Assembly: GCA_015065665.1 (NCBI GenBank) | Contig: SVPX01000002.1 | Coordinates: forward strand, 848 to 64,847 | Direction: 5' to 3' | Length of the DNA: 64,000 nucleotides | DNA from: Oscillospiraceae bacterium | GTDB taxonomy: Bacteria; Bacillota; Clostridia; Oscillospirales; Acutalibacteraceae | In this document: positions 27,232 through 38,056 of the stretch, piece by piece | How the letters are laid out: every line of letters begins with the position of its first letter | Position numbering within the stretch: the stretch's first letter is position 1 | The notes under the pieces: generated by a model | Told to the model about the DNA's origin: nothing | Database searches by the model: none | What the model saw: only the letters and a program-made list of their open reading frames with translations | Translations under genes and position numbers: made by a program

Positions 27232-30200
27232 ATGAAAAAATTCAAATTCGGAAGCAGAATCCTTGCTTTTGTACTTGTGTTTATCATGTTGGTAACAGCT
27301 GCACCCCTCAGTGCCCTTGCAGGAACAGTGGGCTGGATTACCACAGGTACCTATGCAGGTAAAGTAGGATTTGATACTTCCACTCAGAATCAGGATGGTA
27401 CCATCAACTGGCCTATCAAGATTTATGACTATCTGGCTGATGGTATGCTTTTTGACTTCCCTGAGAATTCAACTACATCCATTTCTGCAGAAAGCTACTC
27501 AAACAACGGTGGTGGTATGTACGGTGGCGGTGCACCTATGCCTGTTACCAAACTGGGTTCTGACTACACAGGTGACTGGATTTATGGACAGTTTACTACC
27601 AACGCACCTTCGGGTAACTATAACCCCAGTAATAACTACACAAAGACAAAGAAGGCTGCAGTAGCAAACTCCAGTCCTCAGTATATGAGACTTACCCGTT
27701 ATGGCGATACAGGTTATGCAAACTATTGTGTTGCTGACTTTGTAAACGACTGGTCCTCACAGGCTAAAGGAAATGTCAGATATATGACAATTGTATATCG
27801 TTCCAGCGGTATCAGTGCAGTAGGATCAACACCTGCCCTGCATTTTAACTCTAATATTGGTTCTACCGGTAACTGGACTCAGATGAAATACCCCGGTACA
27901 TTCCAGAACTCATCCACATGGACATATATTGTTGTCGACCTGAAAGAGGCATATAACCTGCACCAGGGCAACACCACTTACTGGGATAATCTCTCCAGCA
28001 ATATATGGAAGATATATATCCGTCTTGGTATGGATAGCTCTTCAGACTATTTTGATCTTTCTCATGTTGCTTTCTTCAATAATTCCTTTGAAGCTGAGCA
28101 GTATGGTAAGGATGCAGTTGCTTTTGATAAAAATCCCGGCACAAAGCTTGTAACAGGAACAACCACACTCAGAGCAAGTAAAACTGCTACTGCAGGTAAG
28201 TGGAATGCAGGTAACAACCGTGGATTCGGTCTCCTTATGCCCTCTACAGGCGGTGGCTGGGATACAGGCGGTGGTGCAAGTTCACTTGTAAACGGCTACC
28301 AGTCCTACAGAGTCGGTTACTCACTTTATACAGCTGATGGTGTTTCTGGTCTTGCAACAGATGCATACAATAACACACGTAAGAACCTGAACGGAACTCT
28401 TATCGGTAATAATCAGATTTACTTTGTTACTGATGCTTACAAGGATTCGGCTACATATAAGTCTCAGCTGACAAGTGACTCTGACCCCAATAATGATAGC
28501 GACTATGAGAAGGGCTTTAACACCAGTGTTGTTGACTTTGACGGCTACGACCTGCTGACAAATGTTACCTCAGGTCTTATGACTATGGGTCTGCTGGATA
28601 ATAAACTCCAGAACGGTCTGCCTGTTTACAGAATTGAGGCAATAGAGTACGTTGCAGAAATGCTGTATAAGACTCTGCCTATTCCTCAGAGAGCTGCCAG
28701 CGGCAACTATAACTATAACTTCGTTAAGGGTGTTGCTGACGCACAGTTCGGTACAGATTCCTCAGGTAAGGCTCTTGACCTGCCTCAGGCTCTCAGAAAC
28801 TGTCTTGGCATCACATTCACATCCGGAAAAGACAAGGGTTCAACTCCCACATATGGTAATTATTCTGATACAGTAGCAAAGCACAACGGTCTTATGGGTG
28901 AGTTCAAGAACGTTAAGGGCAATATCAAGACCTGTATGGACGCTGCTTACTATCTGCTTAATAACCTGTTTGTAGAGGGTTCATATAACCAGAAACAAAC
29001 AGACTTCCGTTATCTTACACTTTCCAGTGGAACAATGGACGATGGTCGTAAGGCTTATATATTCGATGGTGGTTTCACAACAGGTGATGCTTCCACTGTT
29101 ACTGATACACAGGCTTCTCAGGATGCATACAAGCAGACCAGCCAGTCCTCAGTTCAGTACAGCTCCTTTAAAGATAATGGTGACGGTACTATTTCTCTGG
29201 GCCCTGTTAAGTCCAAGGACCAGTATTGGTACGAGACTAACGCATCTACAACTCAGTATCCCTTCCTCCCTGTTAAGAATGCTACAGGCACTTATGCAGG
29301 TGAGACACAGACCTACTACTTTGTAGAGGACGGTGTAAGAGGTTATTCACAGTATGGTAGCACATATGTAGACAGAAACTATAACTATGTTATGGCTTCA
29401 AACGGTGAGTTCGTATTCCACGAAGAAGACAACCTGTTCTTCCAGTTCGAAGGAGACGATGACGTTTATCTGTTCCTTAACAATGAACTGGTACTTGACA
29501 TCGGTGGTGCTCACGGTATTTCCAGAGTTGAGTTTGACGTTAACGATTACGTAGAGTGGGCAAAGACTGTACTTGCTAACCCCTCTTCATATACAGAAAA
29601 AGACATTGCACGTGCTAATGCTCTTAGCTTTGAAGACGGCGAGATTGTATCCTTCGACTTCTACTATATGGAGCGTCACGGCACAGGTGCTAACTGCCGT
29701 ATTGTTACAAACATGCATATCACCGACCCTGCTCTGCGTACACAGAAGCAGGCATTCCAGAATGGTAAAGAAATCGATTACGGCGGAATCGTAGACGGTG
29801 AGCATCGTATCGAGTACGCATTCACAACAAACAACGGTGGTAACACAAAACTTTATAACTTTACATTTGACGATGCAGACATCGGTGTTTCTCTGACACC
29901 TGAGAGCGGTTTGTTTGTTAAGGGTGAAGATACACCCAGTATCAACGATGATATCAATGGTATTTATGTAACAGACGTCCGCGGTGAGAAGCTGGAGGCT
30001 TCTGACCTGACTGCGCGAGTAGTCGGCTATAAGGATGTTGGTATCGGTAACGGTGAATACAGCCTTGAGGGAACAGAGTATAAAAATGTCGGCAAAGGCA
30101 ACGGTAGATTTGATTATGCTGATGTTACAATTACTTTTGCTGATAATCAGGCACTCAAGAACTTCCTTGCTACACTTGACTCCAGTGTAACAGATACAGA

Positions 30201-33200
30201 AACTGTTGACGATGAGCAGACACGCCGCGGTTCAGGTCTTTGGGTAGATGCATCTATGACAATCAGAGGTATCTACTACACAATGACAAGTAAGCAGAGA
30301 GATGCCGGTTACTTCAGCAACACAGTTCTGGTTACTGCAACAACCAAGGCAGATACTCAGAACGCAGGTAACGAAATTCTCCGAGGCAATGATAATCACA
30401 GAGTTTATATCACCGCTATCCCTGCTTACTACCAGTGGAAAGACAACGAGGTACACATCCTTGAAACAAGAGTTCTGGATGATGCTATCAAAGAAGCAGG
30501 TAAAGAGGGCAGTCAGCTCCACGACTATAAGAGCTTCTTTGACAAGGTTACTCAGTCCGGTAAGGGTATCAATGCTATCTGGACATACTTCTGCGATAAG
30601 AACGGTAAAAAGCTTTCTGAATACGAGCACGTAAAATCCAATAACCCTGTTCCGGGTGATAATAATTACTGGGGCTTCACAGCAAACTATGACACAACAG
30701 GTATCCACGAGTTCTATCTGCTGATGTATCTGCAGGATGAGGTTGCAGGATACGATGTTACCGGTGATATAGAAACAATGCAGCCCGGTGAGTATGCTAT
30801 TGTCCGTGTACTTGTTATTGTTTCTGATGTAGAGGACGCAACTTATGTTCTCGACTACGGTCTGAAGACCGAGAACCTTGACAGCTACGGCGAACTTTTC
30901 AGAGGTGACGAGCTTCTTGGCTCTATGAGCGGTGTGGAATCCAAGCTTATGGGTATCAACACCACAGGCGGTGAGTACCTGCCTATTTCAAAGGGCTATC
31001 AGAACTATAACCGTATAGACTTCGACGCAATGCAGCTTGACGAGCATAATAATATTTATGTAAACGGCAAGGACGGCAAGGCAGACGGTTTCTATACATT
31101 TAATATGAACATCGGTGAGAATGGTAAGGAAATCACTTACAATGCATTCTCCGATATGTATTCGCTTACAGATTCAGGTACAACTCATGTTCATGCTGAG
31201 ACTCCCGGTGCATGGGGCGATATGTACCTTTACTACTGGTATGATGACGGCAGAAACAACGGTTGGCCCGGTCAGCAGATGAACAAGACTTCTGCCGGTA
31301 ACTACAGCCTTGATATTCCCGGCAATGTTCCTCATATCATTATCAGCCAGAAGGTTGACGATCAAACTTCCATACAGACAGTTGACCTTACTATCAACCC
31401 CGGTGAGGAAGTATGGATTGACTTCGGTGATGATCCTCAGCTCCAGAATGGTAAGTATCTGCCTACAATTGAGTACAAGTCAAGAGATGGTATCATCCAC
31501 GCAACTGTACCTGATGGTTGGGGCGATGTATACTACTACTGCTGGGACGCATTCTCCAATGCACTTGAAGCGTGGCCCGGTACAAAACTTGAAGCAAAGG
31601 ATTCAGAGGGTTACTATACCTTTACAATTCCCGGTGATATTACAAATATCATCATAAACAATGGTGAGGACGGTGTTGAGGTTACAGGTGAGGATGGTGT
31701 GACATCCTTAATCCGTAAGCAGACAACTGACCTGACAATTTCTGCAGGTAAGGAAACCTGGATTACAGTTAACGATACTCCCATCGAGAACACTACAGAT
31801 CCCGAGAAGTACACAGCAGTTGCAACACAGTCCCTTGAAAAGGTAATAATGCACGCAACAGTACCTTCATTCTGGAGCGATGCTTACCTCTACTACTGGA
31901 ACAGCAACGGTAGTTACACAGGTGTTAACTGGCCCGGAATCCAGATGACAAAGGATGCAGAAACAGGCGTATATTCCCTGGAGGTTCCTGCTGACGTTGA
32001 AAATATTATTATCAATGACGGCAAGTTCAGACAGACAGAAAACCTGACTGTTACTGCAGGTCTTGAGACATGGGTTAATGTTGAGGTTCTTACATCTAGC
32101 GCAACAGTTCAGGCATCAAAGCCCGCTGATTGGGAAAACGTTTTCTTCTATTTCTACAAGAGCGGCTACGTTGGTGATGTTGCTGATGCATGGCCCGGTA
32201 CAAAGGGTTACGACCTATTTGATACAGGCTCATACAGTGTAAATGTTCCTCCTTATGCAACACATGTTGTTATCAACAATGGTGCAGACAAGAAGACAAA
32301 AGACCTGGCATTGAGCGCAGACACAATCAACAACTTTATCATCGAAGAAACAGGCGAGACAGTTGTTCAGGCAACAGTTCCTGATTGGTGGTTTGATATA
32401 TGCATCCACTACTGGAACGAGGCAACAGGTGAGTCCACTCAGTGGCCCGGTGTACCTGTAACAAAGGGCGAGGATGGTACAATCACATTCCTTCCTCCCG
32501 AGGGTACAACTCATGTTATCCTCAATGCTCATCATAATCCCGAGTCTGATGACAGACAGCAGACAGCAAACATTCAGTTGGCTCAGTCTGCTATCAATAA
32601 GGTGAGTGTATATAATCATTATGACCAGAGCATTGAAACTTTGGTTCATGCTACATCCAACATCACAAGGGTTGTTCCTCCCTCTACAACAACAAAGGCA
32701 GAGGTAACCTACGGTGTAGATGCAGAGACAGAGGGCTTCAGCTTCACACCTGTAGATTTCATGGACTATGAGTACAACCTCTGGATGGCACTCACAATTC
32801 ACGACAAGAATATCAATCCCACTAAACTGGGACAGCCCATTGATATCGGCAACGAAGTACAGATGTTCAAGAAGGTTACTGTTCTTCCCGCTTCTGTAGT
32901 TTACTACGAGGATACATTTGCAGGTATCAACTATGCTGACAAGTCTACAACTTCCAATGTTATCAACCACTATACATCAGGTACAGGCAGCCTGACACAG
33001 AGCATCGACCAGAATCAGCAGTATGGTAACGATAAGGTTTACCAGGGCTCTGACAACGGCGAAATCACAGGTGGCTCTCTGACTGACGTATATATCAATG
33101 ATCAGAATGAGTTTGCATCATTCACATTCACAGGCACAGGTCTTGAGGTTATCGGACATAACCACGCTCAGGAGGGCGGTACTCTGGTGGTTGAACTTTA

Positions 33201-36200
33201 TGATAATGATGGCAACTTCATCAAGGAAGTTCCTGTTATCACAGAATTCGATAATGGCGGTGACGGCGGTTCAGAATCCATCGTTGCAGTTCCCATTATC
33301 AGAATCAGCGGTCTTGAGTACGGTACTTACAAAGTAGTGCTGAAGGGTATTCCCGTGTTCGACTTTGACAACTGGACAGATTTCAGTAAGTTACCTCCTG
33401 TTGCACAGTCCTATCTGTGTATCGATGGTATCCGCGTATACCAGCCTATAAGTGGTTCAGCTCAGCTTACAGACAGACACAATATTGCTCTGGATAAGAC
33501 TTATACAGGTGCAAATGTTGCAGAGGCTCCTTCTCTGAACGGTGTTTACTACACAGCTAACCTTACTGATGGCATTGCTTCTGATGTTATTGACACCTCA
33601 AACGGCAGACATCATTGGTTCGGATATCACAAGACTCTGAACCATAAGACAGCAGAGGATGGTTCACCTTACGGTCAGTTTACAGTTGACCTTAGTGATA
33701 ATTACCGCCTTGACCAGTTCAAGATGCACGTAGGCAGCAAGGAGTTTGGTGCTCCTTCTTATGTTGATGTTTATGTGTCCTCTGACAATGCTAAGTGGAC
33801 ATATGTAGGAAGCCCGAGTAATATCGACTATAATGCAGCAAATGCCTATTGGGTAGACCTTAAGCTTGATGAAGCTGTAGAGGGCAGATATGTCCGCTTC
33901 AACTTCGGCTTCATTGATCCCTATTACTGGGTATTTGTAAATGAAGTTGAGATTTATGGCGATAAGATTGTAACAGGTCCCGGCGTACACGATGCATACA
34001 TCGACAATGAAAAGGGTGCTGAGTTTACTGAAATCAGAGATCTGATTAAGCAGAGACAGGCATTCGTTGTTAAGTATACAGACGATAACGGTCTCAGCGT
34101 ATCCGGTGGTACAAATACTTGGATTGAGAACCGTAACAATGTTCTTCCCGGTGACCACAACACCAAGTGGACAAATAACACAGTAAACAGTGTTAACGAT
34201 TACATGATTGCAGGTCCTAACAACGAAGTTTATATGATTGAAAGCACAGGCGCAGAGCAGTCTGCACTTGCATTCTATGTAGAAGAGAAAGATGCTGATG
34301 CTGCAACAATGCAGATTGGTATCAGAGCTCTTGACTATCGCAGCTTCGTAGGATCAGGCACAGCAGGTAAGTACAACGCAGAGATTCAGTATGGTGCAGT
34401 CGGTGATGACGGTAGCATTGTATGGAGAACTCTGACTACAACAACAACTCCTGCTGAGCAGTACTACGAGATTCCTTACACAGAGTGTCCCTATGACGAG
34501 ACTCTGAACAGATATCAGGTTGTTATCAGAGTTGCTGACACATCACCCAATGGTATGGCAGCATATACAACACTCAAACTTAACGGCCTTGAACTTCTTA
34601 CTCTGAACGAGTCTGAGGTTCCCGATGTTACTTACGGTGAGGATATCAGAAATGTACTCCTTGACTCAAACGGCAACACACTTGATTCTTCCAAGTTCGT
34701 TGGATTTATCGACCTTGTTGACCAGATGCACGCTACAAGCGAGCCTGAGCAGGGTGGCAACACCGGCACAACAACTCCCACCGAGCCTGTAATTACAGGT
34801 AGTGACACAAGTTCTATGGGCGTTCTTTATGACAGCTTTACAGCAAACTCCTCTGACTTTGGTATTACAGAGAAGAGCAAGATCTTCATTGTAACTGATT
34901 CCGAGGCAAACAAACCTGCTGATAAGATTATAGAGACAGCTCAACTTGCACAGCGTCAGTTTGCAGCAGACGGCTACGATATGCAGGTTGTATGGGGACT
35001 TGAGAAGTATGCAACCAAGGGTGATATCATCATCTACACAGGTTCTGCATACAGCACTAACGGTGACGAGGGTTATACCCTTGAGGTTACTGACAGAGCT
35101 AAGCTCCAGTGTACAGACGAGGACGGTCTCCTCTATGGTATGAACACTCTCCAGAAGCACTTCCGTGCAGCAGGCAAGAACGCAATCAAGGGCTTCAAGA
35201 TTGTTGACCAGCCTGATACCAAGGAGCGTGCACTCCACCTTGACGTAGCAAGAAAGTATCTGACCAAGGAAATGGTTAAGAACTACATTGCAGAGATTTC
35301 CTGGATGGGTTACAACGCAATCGAGCTTCACATGTCTGAAGACGGCGGTTTCCGTATGGACTTCTGGGGTAACAAAGCTCTGCAGGAAGTTCCCAATATG
35401 ACAGGCAACGACTTCTCATGGCTTTGCGGCAGTAATCCTGCTTCTTGGGTATATACTCAGTTCCGTGATGATAACGGCAAGGTTAACGATAAGGGTAAGT
35501 ATCTGACAACTGAGGAGATTATCGAAATCTGTGAGACAGCTAAGGAATATAACATCGAAGTTATTCCTTCCTTCGATACTCCTGCTCATGTAAACTATAT
35601 TACAAAGCTGTACTACGATACAGTATCTGCTAACTCCAATTCTTCTATCAGAAACTTCACATACAATGGTACAAACTATACGCTGCCTACTCGTATTCAC
35701 TTCAGAAACAGAGGATACGACAGTGATTGGGAAGTGCTTGATCTGAGCAACACAGCAGTAAAGAACTTTGCTTATGCTATGTATAATGATATTGCAGCAT
35801 TCTTCAAGCACTATGCAGGTTCAACAGACTTCAACATATGTGCAGACGAAGTTTCACTTGATAGTTCAATTGATAAGTGGACATACACAGACTTTATCAA
35901 TTACACAAACAGCGTTAACTCTGTTCTGAAGTCCCATGGCTACAGAACAAGAATGTATAACGACTTTGTTTATAAGAATTACACATCCTCTGTTGCACTT
36001 GACAAGGATATCGACATCGTCTACTGGCTGCCTTATGACAGCTCTGCGCAGCCCAACCTGAAGACGGCAAGTGCAATTGCTAAGGATGGCAGACAGATTT
36101 ACAGCGGTATTAACTGGTGGACCTATTACGTTCTTCGTATTGCACCCACTTCAAAGAAAAATAACCTGGATGCCCGTGATCCCAACAACAGTCAGTGGTG

Positions 36201-37956
36201 GTTTAGCAGAAACCAGGAAGACCGTATCTACAACGAGTGGAATGCATCCAGAACAGGTTCTTACAGTGACACTAACAATGGTAAGGCAAATGACTACTCA
36301 GGAAACAACCTTGCAGGTGCATACTTCATGATCTGGAACGACTTTGCAGGTCTTAACACAGAGGTTGAGGTTTGGAACGGCTGCTACGATACACACGGTA
36401 CATACAACAGTAGTACAGGTACATACAGCGGTAATGGAAATTACTACAGCCTTATCGAGCGTATGTGGTCCAGCGGTATCAAGCAGTGGAATTCTGACAT
36501 CAACAACACACTTACCTTTGCAAACTTTGAGCCGCTTCGTGACAAGCAGGGATTCTTCCCCGGCTATGTTGCTACACCCAGCACAGAGAAGTATGCACGC
36601 GGTATGAATCTCCCCGCAGCTGAGGAAGTTGAAGGACAGTACAGAACTTACTACGAGGTAACATTCAAGAACTACGATGGTTCTGTTATTGAAACACAGA
36701 TGGTTAAAGAAGGTACAGCAGCTACTGCTCCTCAGACTCCCACAAGACCTGCTACTGTATGGTACACATACACATTCACAGGTTGGGATACAGACTTCTC
36801 CGATATTACAAGTGCAACAACCGTTACAGCTCAGTATTCTGAGTCTGCAACAATCGCAGGTAAGATTGGTTACGTTGAAATCAAGAACTCCGGCGGTAGT
36901 GACCTTCAGGTATCTGTTGACGGTAGCGGATACAGACCTGTTGGTATGACCTATGTAAATCCCAGTATGGACTTTGGTAGGCTTGTTTCTGTTAAGGCTT
37001 CAACAAACAATGACCACAAGTTCCTTGGTTGGGTAAATGCAAAGACAGGTGAGGTTGTCAAGACTGAGCCTCAGCTTTCCTTCTATTCATCAGGTAACGA
37101 TGTATTCATTGCAATGTACGAGGCTGACCACACAAGCGGTAAGAGCCTTGTAACATTCAAGAACGACAAGACAAACCAGATTATTGATATCCAGTACTAT
37201 GGTGCTGATGATATCCTTGCCTTCCCTGCAGTTGCAGATTATCCCGGTTACAAGTTTGTTGGTTGGGATAAGTCAGATGTCCAGATTATGGATGCACTTG
37301 CAAAGGGTGAGAATATCACAATCACAACCAAGTGGGTTACAAACAATGTTTACTTTACAGTTAAAGTTAACGGCGGTGAACTTACAAGCTTTGTGAGCGG
37401 TGGTGTTAACGACCAGTATCAGGCTTATAAGGCAACTGTAGTTACTGCAAATGCACCTGCATCCGGTCAGAAGTTCGCATACTGGACAGACGAGCAGGGC
37501 AGAATCGTAAGCTTTGATGCTGAATACAAGTTCTATCCCCATAAGAACACAGAACTCACAGCAGTTTACACAAGCTCTTCTGCTACAATCAGTAATCAGG
37601 TTATCTCAACTGTTGACATTGACACAGATACACTTGGCGATGCTAACACAGTATTCTTCTCCTGGGATTCTTCAACAACTGATTATCAGATAATCAATGT
37701 TGGTGTACTTCTCACAAAGAAGGAGAACTACTACTCAGGTACATTCGGTGTTGGCACAATTGACAAGAACGTTCTCCAGTTCGTTCCTCCTGTAAGCCAC
37801 AGGACATTCAACGCAAACTCATACTCCATTACTATCCCCAATGTTCAGGTTGGTGATACATGGGTAGCAAAGAGTTTTGTACAGTACAGAGATACAGAAG
37901 GTGTTCTCCGTGTTGCATATTCTGACCTGTGTGAGGCTACAAAGCCCCTCCAGTAA
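27232..37956 (+). CDS. Giant (3574 aa) secreted multidomain protein: fibro-slime/PA14, five CBM26-like repeats, F5/8-type C (CBM32-like), GH20 hexosaminidase, InlB-B/Flg_new-like repeats
   Basis: Signal peptide; FEGDDDVYLFLNNELVLDIGGAHG and FYYMERHG; five W..Y..W..WPG repeats at ~31180-32620; NIALDKTY..LTDG; RALHLDVARKY, HMSED, PSFDTPAH, ICADE; VTFKNYDG..FTGWD. Confidence 0.85.
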   Translation: MKKFKFGSRILAFVLVFIMLVTAAPLSALAGTVGWITTGTYAGKVGFDTSTQNQDGTINWPIKIYDYLADGMLFDFPENSTTSISAESYSNNGGGMYGGGAPMPVTKLGSDYTGDWIYGQFTTNAPSGNYNPSNNYTKTKKAAVANSSPQYMRLTRYGDTGYANYCVADFVNDWSSQAKGNVRYMTIVYRSSGISAVGSTPALHFNSNIGSTGNWTQMKYPGTFQNSSTWTYIVVDLKEAYNLHQGNTTYWDNLSSNIWKIYIRLGMDSSSDYFDLSHVAFFNNSFEAEQYGKDAVAFDKNPGTKLVTGTTTLRASKTATAGKWNAGNNRGFGLLMPSTGGGWDTGGGASSLVNGYQSYRVGYSLYTADGVSGLATDAYNNTRKNLNGTLIGNNQIYFVTDAYKDSATYKSQLTSDSDPNNDSDYEKGFNTSVVDFDGYDLLTNVTSGLMTMGLLDNKLQNGLPVYRIEAIEYVAEMLYKTLPIPQRAASGNYNYNFVKGVADAQFGTDSSGKALDLPQALRNCLGITFTSGKDKGSTPTYGNYSDTVAKHNGLMGEFKNVKGNIKTCMDAAYYLLNNLFVEGSYNQKQTDFRYLTLSSGTMDDGRKAYIFDGGFTTGDASTVTDTQASQDAYKQTSQSSVQYSSFKDNGDGTISLGPVKSKDQYWYETNASTTQYPFLPVKNATGTYAGETQTYYFVEDGVRGYSQYGSTYVDRNYNYVMASNGEFVFHEEDNLFFQFEGDDDVYLFLNNELVLDIGGAHGISRVEFDVNDYVEWAKTVLANPSSYTEKDIARANALSFEDGEIVSFDFYYMERHGTGANCRIVTNMHITDPALRTQKQAFQNGKEIDYGGIVDGEHRIEYAFTTNNGGNTKLYNFTFDDADIGVSLTPESGLFVKGEDTPSINDDINGIYVTDVRGEKLEASDLTARVVGYKDVGIGNGEYSLEGTEYKNVGKGNGRFDYADVTITFADNQALKNFLATLDSSVTDTETVDDEQTRRGSGLWVDASMTIRGIYYTMTSKQRDAGYFSNTVLVTATTKADTQNAGNEILRGNDNHRVYITAIPAYYQWKDNEVHILETRVLDDAIKEAGKEGSQLHDYKSFFDKVTQSGKGINAIWTYFCDKNGKKLSEYEHVKSNNPVPGDNNYWGFTANYDTTGIHEFYLLMYLQDEVAGYDVTGDIETMQPGEYAIVRVLVIVSDVEDATYVLDYGLKTENLDSYGELFRGDELLGSMSGVESKLMGINTTGGEYLPISKGYQNYNRIDFDAMQLDEHNNIYVNGKDGKADGFYTFNMNIGENGKEITYNAFSDMYSLTDSGTTHVHAETPGAWGDMYLYYWYDDGRNNGWPGQQMNKTSAGNYSLDIPGNVPHIIISQKVDDQTSIQTVDLTINPGEEVWIDFGDDPQLQNGKYLPTIEYKSRDGIIHATVPDGWGDVYYYCWDAFSNALEAWPGTKLEAKDSEGYYTFTIPGDITNIIINNGEDGVEVTGEDGVTSLIRKQTTDLTISAGKETWITVNDTPIENTTDPEKYTAVATQSLEKVIMHATVPSFWSDAYLYYWNSNGSYTGVNWPGIQMTKDAETGVYSLEVPADVENIIINDGKFRQTENLTVTAGLETWVNVEVLTSSATVQASKPADWENVFFYFYKSGYVGDVADAWPGTKGYDLFDTGSYSVNVPPYATHVVINNGADKKTKDLALSADTINNFIIEETGETVVQATVPDWWFDICIHYWNEATGESTQWPGVPVTKGEDGTITFLPPEGTTHVILNAHHNPESDDRQQTANIQLAQSAINKVSVYNHYDQSIETLVHATSNITRVVPPSTTTKAEVTYGVDAETEGFSFTPVDFMDYEYNLWMALTIHDKNINPTKLGQPIDIGNEVQMFKKVTVLPASVVYYEDTFAGINYADKSTTSNVINHYTSGTGSLTQSIDQNQQYGNDKVYQGSDNGEITGGSLTDVYINDQNEFASFTFTGTGLEVIGHNHAQEGGTLVVELYDNDGNFIKEVPVITEFDNGGDGGSESIVAVPIIRISGLEYGTYKVVLKGIPVFDFDNWTDFSKLPPVAQSYLCIDGIRVYQPISGSAQLTDRHNIALDKTYTGANVAEAPSLNGVYYTANLTDGIASDVIDTSNGRHHWFGYHKTLNHKTAEDGSPYGQFTVDLSDNYRLDQFKMHVGSKEFGAPSYVDVYVSSDNAKWTYVGSPSNIDYNAANAYWVDLKLDEAVEGRYVRFNFGFIDPYYWVFVNEVEIYGDKIVTGPGVHDAYIDNEKGAEFTEIRDLIKQRQAFVVKYTDDNGLSVSGGTNTWIENRNNVLPGDHNTKWTNNTVNSVNDYMIAGPNNEVYMIESTGAEQSALAFYVEEKDADAATMQIGIRALDYRSFVGSGTAGKYNAEIQYGAVGDDGSIVWRTLTTTTTPAEQYYEIPYTECPYDETLNRYQVVIRVADTSPNGMAAYTTLKLNGLELLTLNESEVPDVTYGEDIRNVLLDSNGNTLDSSKFVGFIDLVDQMHATSEPEQGGNTGTTTPTEPVITGSDTSSMGVLYDSFTANSSDFGITEKSKIFIVTDSEANKPADKIIETAQLAQRQFAADGYDMQVVWGLEKYATKGDIIIYTGSAYSTNGDEGYTLEVTDRAKLQCTDEDGLLYGMNTLQKHFRAAGKNAIKGFKIVDQPDTKERALHLDVARKYLTKEMVKNYIAEISWMGYNAIELHMSEDGGFRMDFWGNKALQEVPNMTGNDFSWLCGSNPASWVYTQFRDDNGKVNDKGKYLTTEEIIEICETAKEYNIEVIPSFDTPAHVNYITKLYYDTVSANSNSSIRNFTYNGTNYTLPTRIHFRNRGYDSDWEVLDLSNTAVKNFAYAMYNDIAAFFKHYAGSTDFNICADEVSLDSSIDKWTYTDFINYTNSVNSVLKSHGYRTRMYNDFVYKNYTSSVALDKDIDIVYWLPYDSSAQPNLKTASAIAKDGRQIYSGINWWTYYVLRIAPTSKKNNLDARDPNNSQWWFSRNQEDRIYNEWNASRTGSYSDTNNGKANDYSGNNLAGAYFMIWNDFAGLNTEVEVWNGCYDTHGTYNSSTGTYSGNGNYYSLIERMWSSGIKQWNSDINNTLTFANFEPLRDKQGFFPGYVATPSTEKYARGMNLPAAEEVEGQYRTYYEVTFKNYDGSVIETQMVKEGTAATAPQTPTRPATVWYTYTFTGWDTDFSDITSATTVTAQYSESATIAGKIGYVEIKNSGGSDLQVSVDGSGYRPVGMTYVNPSMDFGRLVSVKASTNNDHKFLGWVNAKTGEVVKTEPQLSFYSSGNDVFIAMYEADHTSGKSLVTFKNDKTNQIIDIQYYGADDILAFPAVADYPGYKFVGWDKSDVQIMDALAKGENITITTKWVTNNVYFTVKVNGGELTSFVSGGVNDQYQAYKATVVTANAPASGQKFAYWTDEQGRIVSFDAEYKFYPHKNTELTAVYTSSSATISNQVISTVDIDTDTLGDANTVFFSWDSSTTDYQIINVGVLLTKKENYYSGTFGVGTIDKNVLQFVPPVSHRTFNANSYSITIPNVQVGDTWVAKSFVQYRDTEGVLRVAYSDLCEATKPLQ

Positions 37957-38008
37957 GAACAGAATGCTCTGAGGTAAAAAACAGAAAACCCTGAAATAAG
38001 GGTATAAA

Positions 38009-38046
38009 AAGTCCCCGATAGCGACTGCTGTCGGGGGCTTTGTTTA
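38009..38046. terminator. Terminator between convergent genes
   Basis: AAGTCCCCGATAGC/GCTGTCGGGGGCTT hairpin with A and T flanks. Confidence 0.8.
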
Positions 38047-38056
38047 TAAATAAAAA

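Noticed and set aside
31180-32620. CRISPR-like or DNA-level tandem array
   Set aside because: The repeats are diverged protein-domain repeats inside an ORF; there are no identical DNA repeats with spacers and no cas genes in the window.
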